Source: Candidatus Aminicenantes bacterium (GTDB taxonomy: Bacteria > Acidobacteriota > Aminicenantia > Aminicenantales > CALLJL01). From it: a stretch of 64,000 bases of DNA. The position numbers and the translations under genes are program-made. The stretch is taken from contig JAOAFQ010000015.1 of assembly GCA_026416195.1 (NCBI GenBank), positions 9,332-73,331 on the forward strand, read 5' to 3'. Each line of letters starts with the position of its first letter. Position 1 is the stretch's first letter. The notes under the pieces are model-generated. The model saw only the letters and a list, made by a program, of their open reading frames with translations. It did no database searches and was not told the DNA's origin. Positions 44,258 to 53,707 of this stretch are shown in pieces.

Positions 44258-45622
44258 TCAATTTTTTCTCCGCTTAATGTCTTTGATTAATTGATTCACC
44301 CCCAAGGTATCTTCTTTTTTTATCTTTTCAGTCAATCGACCGTTAATAATAAATTCATAATTATCAATACCCCATTGAATTAAATCAAGGGCAGCTCTTA
44401 AATTTTCTTCAAAAATAGGTTGGATATCACTTTCGCTGTTAAAAAAACCCCCATAGAGGATATCGATCGGGGGTAGCTCAACGGTGAAAGCAGGAATCCC
44501 AGCTACTCCATAGGCCCAATCAGTGGTGTCACCATTAGTCAAATAGAGGAGAGAACTTGCCTGACCAAAGGCATAATATCTTCCATAGACACTGGTCATC
44601 AACTCAGACATTCTTTTAGCTAAATTGAATAGAAGCTGGAATTTATCAGCTGGGTTGGTGGTAAAACCCCAGGGGAAAAGAATCACTTGGGAGTAGCTAT
44701 GGTAACTAACTAACGCTTGAAAAGGAATTCTTAGGAAAAGATCGCGAACGGCTCTGGTTTCTGGCTCAGAAAAGGGAGCTGTTCCTCGATAAATTTCTGA
44801 GGCCGGATTGGGGCTTGAACCTTTATTGTCTATTCCCCAGTTAAAGCCGTAATTACGATTGAGATCTACTCCAAAGGAGCCATCACTATTTAAGCGACGA
44901 TTCTTTCGCCAATAACGGTAAAATTTAATGGAATACTCAAGGCCATCAGGATTAACCAGAGGCACGATCCAGATCTGACTATTATCAATTAATTTTTGGA
45001 TAAGAGGATTGAGAGAATAGTTATTAACAAGATACCGGCCAAGATAAAGAGGAACTTCAACGGAAATCCATTCCCGAGCATGATGACAACCAAGAAAGAG
45101 GATTCCAGGCTCAGCTTCGTTGAAAGCTGCTTTATCACTTATCTTTAGAGCAAAGATAGATCGACCCTCAACACTTTGGCCAATTTCTTCGAGTTGACAA
45201 ATACTGGGAAATTTCTGAGCCAGGCTTTTTAGTTCATTGGCCAGTTCACTGTAAGAATGATAAGCTCCATTGCCTCCTGAAAAAGGAGAGAAGGTTGAAA
45301 GGTTGGGCTTGGCCGGGGGAAAAAAGGTAGTTTCGAGGGTATAGCGCAGACCCAAATTTTGAAAATATGTTAAATCTTGAGGTTTAGCCACCAAATAAAG
45401 GCGAGTTGGGGTTTCCATGAGAAAATCCAGGAACTCAGGAAAAGAGGCAAGAATCGCCAAATTTGTTGGTGATTTTTCAAGGCTAATGATTTCAACACTT
45501 GGGAGTTCTGATTTTGAAGAGGCTGACAAAGTTAAAGCTATTAAGAATTTATCTAAGATAAACCATAATAAAAAGCCAAATAAACAAAATCTTATTTTTT
45601 CCTTTACTTTCATAATCGTCAT
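44258..45622 (-). CDS. M14-family zinc carboxypeptidase
   Basis: Signal/TM N-terminus. Zinc-binding GCHHAREWIS (HxxE) and downstream His/Glu regions typical of the carboxypeptidase A fold. 454 aa. Confidence 0.75.
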   Translation of the reverse strand: MTIMKVKEKIRFCLFGFLLWFILDKFLIALTLSASSKSELPSVEIISLEKSPTNLAILASFPEFLDFLMETPTRLYLVAKPQDLTYFQNLGLRYTLETTFFPPAKPNLSTFSPFSGGNGAYHSYSELANELKSLAQKFPSICQLEEIGQSVEGRSIFALKISDKAAFNEAEPGILFLGCHHAREWISVEVPLYLGRYLVNNYSLNPLIQKLIDNSQIWIVPLVNPDGLEYSIKFYRYWRKNRRLNSDGSFGVDLNRNYGFNWGIDNKGSSPNPASEIYRGTAPFSEPETRAVRDLFLRIPFQALVSYHSYSQVILFPWGFTTNPADKFQLLFNLAKRMSELMTSVYGRYYAFGQASSLLYLTNGDTTDWAYGVAGIPAFTVELPPIDILYGGFFNSESDIQPIFEENLRAALDLIQWGIDNYEFIINGRLTEKIKKEDTLGVNQLIKDIKRRKN

Positions 45623-45649
45623 TATTCTTTACATTTATTATTTTAAAAT

Positions 45650-46879
45650 TCAGAATAGGGCATTCAAAGCGAGAGCACTTCGGATAGTTTGAAGAGAAGA
45701 GCCTGAACCCTTTTCTTGGCTCCAGGAAGCACCTAAGTCAAGTCGAAGCCACTTCCAGTGAAGTCCAAGCCCACTTGTTAACCCATAATAGGTTGACCGA
45801 GGAATTTTCATCGGTTGAGGATCGATCAAGAAACCCACTCTGGTAATCAAAATAAAAGATTGATGAAATAGAGTTAAAGATTGGCTGGTTTCAAGAGCCG
45901 CAGCTAGACGAAGTATATCGCGAAAATTCCTTGTTTCTTCCTGGGAAAACCATGTCAATTTATATTTTGACCAGTTAAAAAAGATAGCTTCAGCTAAGAG
46001 GAGCCATCGTTCTTTCCAAAGATAGCTCCCAGCTAAACTAATTTGAAAAGGCTTCATAAGAAAATCTTTAGCTTCATCTTCAATCGAGATTACTGTCTTT
46101 GTCGTCTCTGCTGAATATTTGACTCGACTCTGGCTTTCTTTAGTTAATTTATGGGAAGGTTCAAAGGTTAGACTGATTTTCAAGGAATTAGTTATCGAAG
46201 CTTTAAGCCCAAAACGCAGATAGAGATCTTTTAAGGAGCCCTCTTTTGAATCTAAAATTGAAATTTGATTTAGTGGCCAGGCTTCTTCTGTTTTTCTCTT
46301 GATTTTTCCTTGGGAATAATTGAAAGATAGGCCAACGGCTAGAAAATTTCCTATTTTTCGAGCTAAAGAAAAATTATAAGTTCGCAGAAAGCCTTCCTGG
46401 TTGAAATTAATCCTGTAAGTTGTTTTTCCGCCAGAGATAGATTCAGCTGAAGCTGTTGGCCGATCATAATATTCCTTTATGGCTGCACCGAAACTCAAGG
46501 ACCAAGAATTTAATTTCAAGGCTAGGCCAGCCCCATCCAATGCCATTATTTTAACCCATAAATTTTGGTTTGATTTGAGGACACCAGTGTTGACTATAGC
46601 AAAACGGAAAAGGGAAGCTTGATTAATTGAGCCGTTAAAAAAGAGGCTAAGGCGAGGTAAATCAGTAAGAAGAGAAGGATTAGAAAAAGCTACGGCCGGA
46701 TTATCAGCTCTAATGGTCATTATTTCCGCTCGACCTAATCCAGAAGCTGGAATAAAACCAGAGATGTTCCAGGATTTGAGAGGCGCCTCCTCTTCATATT
46801 GGCCAATTATAGTTTGGCCTGAGATTATCCAGGGAAAGAACAAAAGACCAAGGATTAGTAAAATCTTCTTTTTTACCAT
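45650..46879 (-). CDS. putative outer-membrane beta-barrel protein
   Basis: Signal peptide MVKKKILLILGLLFFPWIISG. Alternating amphipathic beta-strand pattern and a C-terminal aromatic residue (...ALALNALF). Confidence 0.45.
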   Translation of the reverse strand: MVKKKILLILGLLFFPWIISGQTIIGQYEEEAPLKSWNISGFIPASGLGRAEIMTIRADNPAVAFSNPSLLTDLPRLSLFFNGSINQASLFRFAIVNTGVLKSNQNLWVKIMALDGAGLALKLNSWSLSFGAAIKEYYDRPTASAESISGGKTTYRINFNQEGFLRTYNFSLARKIGNFLAVGLSFNYSQGKIKRKTEEAWPLNQISILDSKEGSLKDLYLRFGLKASITNSLKISLTFEPSHKLTKESQSRVKYSAETTKTVISIEDEAKDFLMKPFQISLAGSYLWKERWLLLAEAIFFNWSKYKLTWFSQEETRNFRDILRLAAALETSQSLTLFHQSFILITRVGFLIDPQPMKIPRSTYYGLTSGLGLHWKWLRLDLGASWSQEKGSGSSLQTIRSALALNALF

Positions 46880-46993
46880 GTTGACTAAAAATCATTTTAC
46901 TTATTTCGAATTTATTTTAAAGATTCCATCATTCAATTTTTTTTAGGAAGGGATTTGCAAACAGGTCAGGGCTATGCTATAGAGGATAAAACT

Positions 46994-47998
46994 ATGAGGA
47001 TGACGATGGAGAAGACAAAAAGACGGGTAAAAATAAGTTCCATTGGTGTTTATGTTCCACCAAAAATTCTTACCAATGCTGATTTGGAAAAAATGGTGGA
47101 CACGTCGGACGAATGGATTATAACTCGAACTGGAATTAGAGAGCGCCATCTGGCTGATGAATCTCAAGCGACTTCAGATCTTTGTCTTGAAGCTGCTCGC
47201 CGCGCTCTCGATCAAGCTTCTTTAAAGATAGATGATGTTGACCTAATTTTAGTGGCTACCTCAAGTCCAGATACTCTTTTTCCCTCCACCGCTTGTTGGG
47301 TTCAAAAAGGTTTAGAAGCTACTGAAATTCCTGCCTTTGATCTTTCAGCGGGTTGCACGGGATTTCTATATGGAATGATTGTGGCGGAGAGCTTAATTTT
47401 AAATGGTACTTGTCGCCGAGTTCTTCTTATTGGAGGAGAGCTTCTATCTAAGATAACTAATTGGAAGGACCGGGCTACCTGTGTTCTTTTTGGGGATGCG
47501 GCCGGTGCAGTTATTCTTGAAGAGAGCCCGGATGAGTCAGGAATCATTTCTTTTTTCTGGCAAGCTGACGGTCGTCTAGCTGACCTTCTCTATCTTCCAG
47601 CCGGGGGAACGAGAAGACCAGCATCTGAGGAAACAGTTCGACAAGGATTACATTATATTTCTATGAAGGGAAATGAGGTTTTTAAGCACGCTGTGCGGCG
47701 GATGGGGGAGGCAGCTTTGGAGGCTCTAAAAAGAGCTGGCTTAAAACCTGAGGATGTTACTCATTTTATTCCCCATCAAGCTAATATTCGAATTATTGAA
47801 GCTACCGGTGAGAGACTGAAACTGCCACCGGAAAAAGTTTATACTAACATTGATCGTTATGGTAATGTATCGGTGGCTTCTATTCCCCTTTGCCTGGAAG
47901 AGCTTAGGGCAGGAGGAAAATTAAAAAAAGGCGATATTATTCTCATGGATGCCTTTGGGGCTGGCTTTACTTGGGCAGCTATCGTTTATCGTTGGTAA
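46994..47998 (+). CDS. fabH: 3-oxoacyl-[ACP] synthase III
   Basis: Active-site Cys region DLSAGCTGFLYG, plus His/Asn regions (IPHQANIRI, GNVSVASIP). A GAGGA ribosome-binding site sits 7 nt before the ATG at 46994; the ORF-track TTG at 46955 was rejected. Confidence 0.85.
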   Translation: MRMTMEKTKRRVKISSIGVYVPPKILTNADLEKMVDTSDEWIITRTGIRERHLADESQATSDLCLEAARRALDQASLKIDDVDLILVATSSPDTLFPSTACWVQKGLEATEIPAFDLSAGCTGFLYGMIVAESLILNGTCRRVLLIGGELLSKITNWKDRATCVLFGDAAGAVILEESPDESGIISFFWQADGRLADLLYLPAGGTRRPASEETVRQGLHYISMKGNEVFKHAVRRMGEAALEALKRAGLKPEDVTHFIPHQANIRIIEATGERLKLPPEKVYTNIDRYGNVSVASIPLCLEELRAGGKLKKGDIILMDAFGAGFTWAAIVYRW

Positions 47999-48041
47999 AG
48001 AAAATAACTTATATCTTGTAAAAACATAAGAGATAGCCCAC

Positions 48042-48560
48042 TTAATTCTCTGCTTTGAGCTTTCGAAAATAGTTAAGAAGAGTGTCTTTATTGAGAAGAC
48101 CAACATGCTTATATCTAATTTGACCATTCTTATCGATAAAAATAGTGGTTGGAATGTACTGACCTGGTTGGAAGTCGCGAATTATTTCTTCGGTAGCTAA
48201 AGCAATTGGATAATTAATCTTAAATCGGCGAACAAAATCTCGGAGTTCTTGGGGAGAAAGGTTATCCACTGACAAGCCAAGAATGGCTAAGCCATTGTCT
48301 TTTTCTGTGGCATAAATTTCAATGAAATCGGGAATTTCAGCCCGACAAGGTGGACACCAAGTTGCCCAAAAATTAATCAGCAAAATTTTTCCTCGATAGT
48401 CACTCAAAGTATGGACCTTGCCTTCCAGATCGCTTATTTTGAAATTCGGGGCTGGCTGAGAAACCAAACTTGGTCTTCCCTTTCCCAGTCCAAGGAAAAA
48501 AAAGAAAGAAAAGGCCGCTCCGATTATTAAAAGATAAAGGCTACCTTTCTTTAATTTCAT
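48042..48560 (-). CDS. TlpA/ResA-like periplasmic thiol-disulfide oxidoreductase
   Basis: Signal/TM anchor plus thioredoxin motif WATWCPPCRAE. 172 aa. Confidence 0.8.
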   Translation of the reverse strand: MKLKKGSLYLLIIGAAFSFFFFLGLGKGRPSLVSQPAPNFKISDLEGKVHTLSDYRGKILLINFWATWCPPCRAEIPDFIEIYATEKDNGLAILGLSVDNLSPQELRDFVRRFKINYPIALATEEIIRDFQPGQYIPTTIFIDKNGQIRYKHVGLLNKDTLLNYFRKLKAEN

Positions 48561-48715
48561 TTACTAATATCTCCTTTTTTCTTATTTTCTCCATTATTTT
48601 CCTTTTAAGAGTTGTGGTCATTTTTGCTTAATAAACCTCTCGCTTTACCATGCCTTTTAAATTATGATTGATTTCAAACAATATTATATTTTTTTTATAT
48701 TAAAATTCAAGAGTA

Positions 48716-49639
48716 TTACTCTCCCCCAACAGAAAGCTTTTCCCTTTCTGAGGCAAGACGTAGGAGCCGGTGCCATTGCCGATCGATTCCTGCTTGAATA
48801 AGCTCAATTTCTTTTTCTGTCAAATGGCTAAATCTACCTTGAAGGCGAAGATAATCGACTACTGGCTTTTTCTCTTTTGGTTTGATGTTAATTGTATATT
48901 TTTCCCCCCATTCAACTTCAAATAAAGGAAAATAGCAGGTTTGAACAGCTAATCGAGCTAATTTGATTGTGTCTTCGGGTCGGCTTCTCCAGCCCGTTGG
49001 GCAGGGAGCAAAGATGTGGAAGAAGCGTGTCCCCTTAATTTCTTTAGCTTTTTTCATTTTACGAAAGAGATCTTCAGGATAAGCGACACTCGCGGTCGCT
49101 AAATAAGGAATTCGGTGAGCGGCCATGATGGCGACAATATCTTTTTTTGGTTGATCTTTGAAATGTTTAACGGGGGTTGTCGTTGTCCAGGCGCCATAAG
49201 GAGTGGCTGAACTTCGTTGAATCCCAGTATTCATGTAGGCTTCATTGTCATAACAAACGTAAATAATATTATCATTTCTTTCGGCTGCTCCTGAAAGAGC
49301 CTGAATTCCGATGTCAAAAGTGCCACCATCGCCAGCCCAGGCCACCACAGTAGTCTCTTTGTCCCCAACCATTTCAAGACCAGCTTTAACCCCAGAAGCT
49401 GAAGCCGCCGCTGTTTCAAAGGCACAATGAAAAATAGGTACATCAAGACAGGAATAAGGGAAAGGCCCATCGATAACCGACCAGCAACAGGCAGGAATAC
49501 ATAATACAGTTTTTTGGCCTAAAGCTTTAAGTACATAGCGCATAGCAAGGGTAGCGCCGCAGCCTTGGCAGGCCAAATGCCCGGGATTCATATATTCTTC
49601 TATTGGCAAGCTGAGCTTCATGGTCCTGGCTTTTTTCAT
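48716..49639 (-). CDS. porB: 2-oxoacid (pyruvate-type):ferredoxin oxidoreductase beta subunit (TPP-binding)
   Basis: TPP motif AGDGGTFDIG and N-terminal Cys ligands. 307 aa, last gene of the G-D-A-B order. POR, VOR and KOR specificities cannot be distinguished by eye. Confidence 0.8.
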   Translation of the reverse strand: MKKARTMKLSLPIEEYMNPGHLACQGCGATLAMRYVLKALGQKTVLCIPACCWSVIDGPFPYSCLDVPIFHCAFETAAASASGVKAGLEMVGDKETTVVAWAGDGGTFDIGIQALSGAAERNDNIIYVCYDNEAYMNTGIQRSSATPYGAWTTTTPVKHFKDQPKKDIVAIMAAHRIPYLATASVAYPEDLFRKMKKAKEIKGTRFFHIFAPCPTGWRSRPEDTIKLARLAVQTCYFPLFEVEWGEKYTINIKPKEKKPVVDYLRLQGRFSHLTEKEIELIQAGIDRQWHRLLRLASEREKLSVGGE

Positions 49640-50787
49640 TTTTTAACTCCTATCCAGATAATTTCAGCCTCTGGTGTCTCATGGCTGAAGGTGTAATCGA
49701 TAATTTCCTCGAAGGTTTCAGGAGTAATATCCCGACCCCCCAGGCCCGCGATAAAACCGAAGATAGGAACTGAACTAAAACCGTAAAGGGCAGATTTTGT
49801 TTCTTGATAAAAAATACCATGATGCCCATACGAAATATTGCGATCCACTACGGCCACTTTTTTGGCTCGTCTTAAGTAATGCCGAACAATTTCAAAGGGA
49901 AAAGGCCGAAAGAGACGAATTCGCAGATTGCCAACTTTAAGCCCTCTTTTTCTTAATTTATCGACCGCAACTTTGGCCGTGGAACCAGCAGTTCCAGAAG
50001 TTACGAGGATGAGGTCAGCGTCGTCAACTTGATAAGCTTCGACCGCTCCCAGATAACGACCAAACTTTTTTTCATATTCTCGGCCAGTTTCTTCAATTAT
50101 TTCGGGCACATTTTCCATAGCTTTCTGAAGTTTATACCGCAGTTCAAAATAATAATCAGGTGAGGTCAAGCCGCCAAAAGCATGGGGCTCATCAGGGGTT
50201 AAACGAAAAGCTGGTTTAAAAGGAGGCAGATAGGCATCAACTTGAGATTGTTCAGGAATGTCTACCACTTCGTAGGTATGAGAAAGACTAAAAGCATCTA
50301 GAATGATCATGGCCGGAATATACAATCTTTCCGCTACTTTGTAAGCTTGAATGACTGAATCTAAAACTTCCTGGTTATTAGCGCAATAAAATTGCATCCA
50401 ACCCGTGTCGCGTTGGGAGAGACTGTCATTTTGATCAGCCCAAATATTCCATCCTGGAGCTAAAGCTCTATTAATATTACCCATGACAATAGGTAAGCGA
50501 CCTCCAGCGGCCCAATGAAGAAGTTCATGCATTAAGGTCAACCCGTGGGCCGAAGTGGCGGTAAAAGTTCTTGCTCCAGCCAAAGAGGCGCCGATCAGAG
50601 CCGCCATAGCTGAATGCTCCGATTCAACTTTGATAAATTGGGCCTCAAGAGCTTTACTCGCACACATTTCGGAAAGAAGCTCAACCACCTGGGTTTGAGG
50701 AGTTATAGGATAGGCGGAGATAACTTGAACTCTAGCCAGCATTGCTCCATAAGAAAGAGCATGGTTGCCCATGATAACTTTTTTCAT
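49636..50787 (-). CDS. porA: 2-oxoacid:ferredoxin oxidoreductase alpha subunit
   Basis: 383 aa, typical N-terminus MKKVIMGNHALSYGAMLARVQVISAYPITPQT. Confidence 0.8.
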   Translation of the reverse strand: MKKVIMGNHALSYGAMLARVQVISAYPITPQTQVVELLSEMCASKALEAQFIKVESEHSAMAALIGASLAGARTFTATSAHGLTLMHELLHWAAGGRLPIVMGNINRALAPGWNIWADQNDSLSQRDTGWMQFYCANNQEVLDSVIQAYKVAERLYIPAMIILDAFSLSHTYEVVDIPEQSQVDAYLPPFKPAFRLTPDEPHAFGGLTSPDYYFELRYKLQKAMENVPEIIEETGREYEKKFGRYLGAVEAYQVDDADLILVTSGTAGSTAKVAVDKLRKRGLKVGNLRIRLFRPFPFEIVRHYLRRAKKVAVVDRNISYGHHGIFYQETKSALYGFSSVPIFGFIAGLGGRDITPETFEEIIDYTFSHETPEAEIIWIGVKK

Positions 50788-51086
50788 TTAACTTCCTCCT
50801 CCATAGTGATACATTTGGCCGGACATTCTTCAGCACAAAGACCGCATCCTTTACAATAATCGTAATCAATAACAGGGAACTCATTCTCAATAACAATAGC
50901 CGCATCAGGGCAGAATTTCCAGCAGATACCACATTGAAGGCAGTTATTTAAATCAATAAGAGGACGAATATTTCTCCAGGACCCAGTGAGGTTGAAAGCC
51001 ATGGACCCAAGAGACATGGGGGTAATCGGCATGTCTTTTTCTGAATTAAATATAATTTTTTCGGCTTTTCTCTTTTTATTTTTCAT
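50784..51086 (-). CDS. porD: 2-oxoacid:ferredoxin oxidoreductase delta subunit (2x[4Fe-4S])
   Basis: CLQCGICWKFCP and CKGCGLCAEECP. 100 aa. Confidence 0.85.
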   Translation of the reverse strand: MKNKKRKAEKIIFNSEKDMPITPMSLGSMAFNLTGSWRNIRPLIDLNNCLQCGICWKFCPDAAIVIENEFPVIDYDYCKGCGLCAEECPAKCITMEEEVK

Positions 51087-51169
51087 TGTTTTTCACCTTA
51101 ATTCCATTATAGACTCATGATTTGAGATTTTTGAAAAAATTGTGACCCTTTTTATAAGGCAATGAAAAT

Positions 51170-51724
51170 TTAAAGCAGAGTTTTGGCTTTTTCATAGGCT
51201 TCAGTCGCGGCGCGGATATTATCTTCGGGTTTTATGGGGACTCCCTCTCTGATAGCCTCCACTAAGGATTCAAGTCGGCAAAGATTAAGAATCTTGATGA
51301 CCGCGCCAACAATGGCTGTATTGACAATAGGGGTGGCTAAAGTTCCAAGCTTATATTTAACGGCAATATCGGTGGCGTTAATAGTTGCCACCCGATAAAT
51401 TTCTTGAAATCTAAAATCTTCAGGTTCACGGTCTGAGTTAATAATAATTATCCCCCCTGGTTTAAGGCCAACAGTAACATCTATGGCCTCAACAAGGGTT
51501 GGGTCAACTACAACCACATGATCTGGGGTGTAAATCCGACTTTTATCGTAGATGGGCTTATTATCAATCCGGATGAATGCATAGACAGGGGCCCCTCGTC
51601 TTTCCACTCCGAATTCAGGATAAGCTTGGACATAATTACCTTCTTTGGCCAGGGCGTCAGCTAAAATCTTGGAAGCGACAACTGTTCCCTGTCCGCCTCG
51701 TCCGTGAAAACGAATTTCCATCAT
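51170..51724 (-). CDS. porG: 2-oxoacid:ferredoxin oxidoreductase gamma subunit
   Basis: MMEIRFHGRGGQGTVVASKILA... (GRGGQG motif). 184 aa. Confidence 0.85.
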   Translation of the reverse strand: MMEIRFHGRGGQGTVVASKILADALAKEGNYVQAYPEFGVERRGAPVYAFIRIDNKPIYDKSRIYTPDHVVVVDPTLVEAIDVTVGLKPGGIIIINSDREPEDFRFQEIYRVATINATDIAVKYKLGTLATPIVNTAIVGAVIKILNLCRLESLVEAIREGVPIKPEDNIRAATEAYEKAKTLL

Positions 51725-51848
51725 CTCTTTATCTCCCTTTAAGTTAAAAAGAATAGCTTTCCCATCACCTCAAGTCAAATTGATCCATTTTTTAACACCT
51801 ACGAAGAGAAAAAGCCTCTTGGAAAAAAAGAGTTCGCTCAATCTAAGA

Positions 51849-52706
51849 TTAAAGCTCAAAACTCAGAACTCGGTGGGCATGACATTCGATATTGACTGCG
51901 GCTGGCATGGAAGCTATATGACAAGGAAAAACCTCCACATGAACAGCTAAAGCTGTTACTCGGCCACCCATACCCTGAGGTCCAATCCCAAGTTTGTTAA
52001 TTCTCTCAAGAAGTCGTCTTTCCATTTCAGCATAGAAAGGATCAGGGTGATGACTCCCAAGAGGTCGCCTCAAAAGAGCTTTTTTAGCCAACCAAGCGAC
52101 ATATTCAAAATTACCACCTATCCCAACGCCCACAATTATGGGCGGACAAGGATTGGAACCAGCTTTATCGACTGTTTCGACAACAAAATCCTCAATCCCT
52201 TCTAACCCCGCGGCCGGCGCAAACATGCGGATAGCACTCATGTTTTCAGCTCCCCCGCCTTTAGCAATGAAAGTGACTTTAAAAACGTCGCCAGGTACAA
52301 CTTCCCAATGGATAAATGCCGGGGTATTATCGCTGGTATTTTTTCGACGAATAGGATCTTCCACTACTGATTTTCGGAGATAGCCCTCAGCATAACCTTG
52401 CCTGGTCCCTTCATTAATGGCTTCTCGAAGGCTGGAGAGTCCATCATCTTTCTTAAATTGGATTTCTTCACCCATTTCAACGAGAAACACTGCAAGACCG
52501 GTATCCTGACAAATACCTAGTTTTTCTTCTCGAGCAATGAGAGCGTTTTCTTTGAGTTGCCGGAAAACCTCAAGACCAGCTGGTGATTCCTCTAATTTTT
52601 CCATCGTTTCAAGAGCGGTCTGCACATCTTCCTGAAGAACAAAATTCGCTTCCTGAACGAGATTCTTGATTTTGTCTCTAACTTCAGCCAGACTTATTAA
52701 CTTCAT
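51849..52706 (-). CDS. Fe-S hydro-lyase alpha subunit (class I fumarate hydratase / L(+)-tartrate dehydratase alpha)
   Basis: ICQDTGLAVF motif plus a Cys-rich C-terminal segment. 285 aa. No beta subunit is adjacent. Confidence 0.75.
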   Translation of the reverse strand: MKLISLAEVRDKIKNLVQEANFVLQEDVQTALETMEKLEESPAGLEVFRQLKENALIAREEKLGICQDTGLAVFLVEMGEEIQFKKDDGLSSLREAINEGTRQGYAEGYLRKSVVEDPIRRKNTSDNTPAFIHWEVVPGDVFKVTFIAKGGGAENMSAIRMFAPAAGLEGIEDFVVETVDKAGSNPCPPIIVGVGIGGNFEYVAWLAKKALLRRPLGSHHPDPFYAEMERRLLERINKLGIGPQGMGGRVTALAVHVEVFPCHIASMPAAVNIECHAHRVLSFEL

Positions 52707-52748
52707 TATGACCTCCTCTTCAATAAATCAATAAATAAGGAAATTCTT

Positions 52749-52777
52749 AGTTTATTTCCCCCTTTTCTAGGTGTCAA
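52749..52777 (-). promoter_or_regulatory. putative promoter for the fumarase-alpha gene, with flanking inverted repeat
   Basis: Minus strand reads TTGACA-17 nt-TAAACT, then GAGGAGG, then ATG. An imperfect palindrome AATTCTTAG...CAAGAATT brackets the -35/-10 region. Confidence 0.35.
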
Positions 52778-52888
52778 GAATTAAAAGGCCATTCGTTCAG
52801 AGCAATTCAAAATAATTTTAGAGAAGGAGAGCAAAAAATATTCGTTAAATTTTCTAGAAAAGATTTAATAATTTAAAGACAGAAAAGA

Positions 52889-53602
52889 TTAGTCTATTTG
52901 GCTTTCTTCTTTGGTTTCTGAGTTAAGTAAATTATAATAGACCTGAATAAAGCGGCGGTTATTTTCAAATCCCCAGTGTTTATTTTTAATAAGATCTTTA
53001 ATGGCCTCTTTGTTCTTTTCCTTAAAAAATTTGATAAGCTGGCGATGCTCTTCAATGCATTTTTCTTCCCATTCGGGAATTTTAAGCATGATCCTGGGAA
53101 AATCGTAAAGCCGCTTTTTGAGCTGATTAACAATGTTGACGAGAACTTCATTGCCGCACAATTTAAGATGAATATTATGAAGACTAAGATTTATATCCAT
53201 ATATTTTTTAAAATCATCTTTAGCTAAAGCCTCAACCATCTGGTCATAATCTTTTTCCATTTGGGCTAAATCTTGGGAGGTCATCCGGTCACAGGCTATT
53301 ACGGCCGCTTCTGATTCCAAGGCTCCAATTACCTGATAAATATCTTCAATTTCTTTTAAAGATAATTTTTTAACCCGGATACTTTTTCGGGGTGAGATTT
53401 CGATAAAACCTTCTTTTTCTAACTGGATTAAAGCTTCCCGAATAGGAGTGCGACTAACGCCTAATTTTTGACATATTTCCTTTTCATTGATTCTTTCGCC
53501 AGGCTTGAGATTTCCTAATTCCATTTCCTGTTTTAAATAATCCATAACACAGTCTTTAAGGGAACGATATTGAAAAGTTAATTCAGCCATCTCTTTCCTC
53601 AT
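52889..53602 (-). CDS. GntR-family transcriptional regulator (FadR/FCD-type)
   Basis: Winged HTH ICQKLGVSRTPIREALIQLEKEGFIEI plus a helical C-terminal FCD-like domain. 237 aa. Confidence 0.8.
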   Translation of the reverse strand: MRKEMAELTFQYRSLKDCVMDYLKQEMELGNLKPGERINEKEICQKLGVSRTPIREALIQLEKEGFIEISPRKSIRVKKLSLKEIEDIYQVIGALESEAAVIACDRMTSQDLAQMEKDYDQMVEALAKDDFKKYMDINLSLHNIHLKLCGNEVLVNIVNQLKKRLYDFPRIMLKIPEWEEKCIEEHRQLIKFFKEKNKEAIKDLIKNKHWGFENNRRFIQVYYNLLNSETKEESQID

Positions 53603-53707
53603 TTAAAAATTGTCTTAAAAATTTCTGTTAAATCATATACCAAAAAAATGTATTTTTTTTCAACTTTTTAAGTTATTGCAATTTCCTTTATTTTTTTAAC
53701 TCAACTT

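Noticed and set aside
46955-46993. ORF-track fabH start at 46955 (TTG)
   Set aside because: The TTG lies within a promoter-like hexamer. The ATG at 46994 has a GAGGA ribosome-binding site at correct spacing, and FabH homologs start near MRMTMEK.
50614-50932. 81-aa plus-strand and 66-aa minus-strand ORFs
   Set aside because: Inside or antisense to porA and porD.
52894-53227. 85-aa minus-strand and 83-aa plus-strand ORFs
   Set aside because: Alternative frames of the GntR regulator gene.
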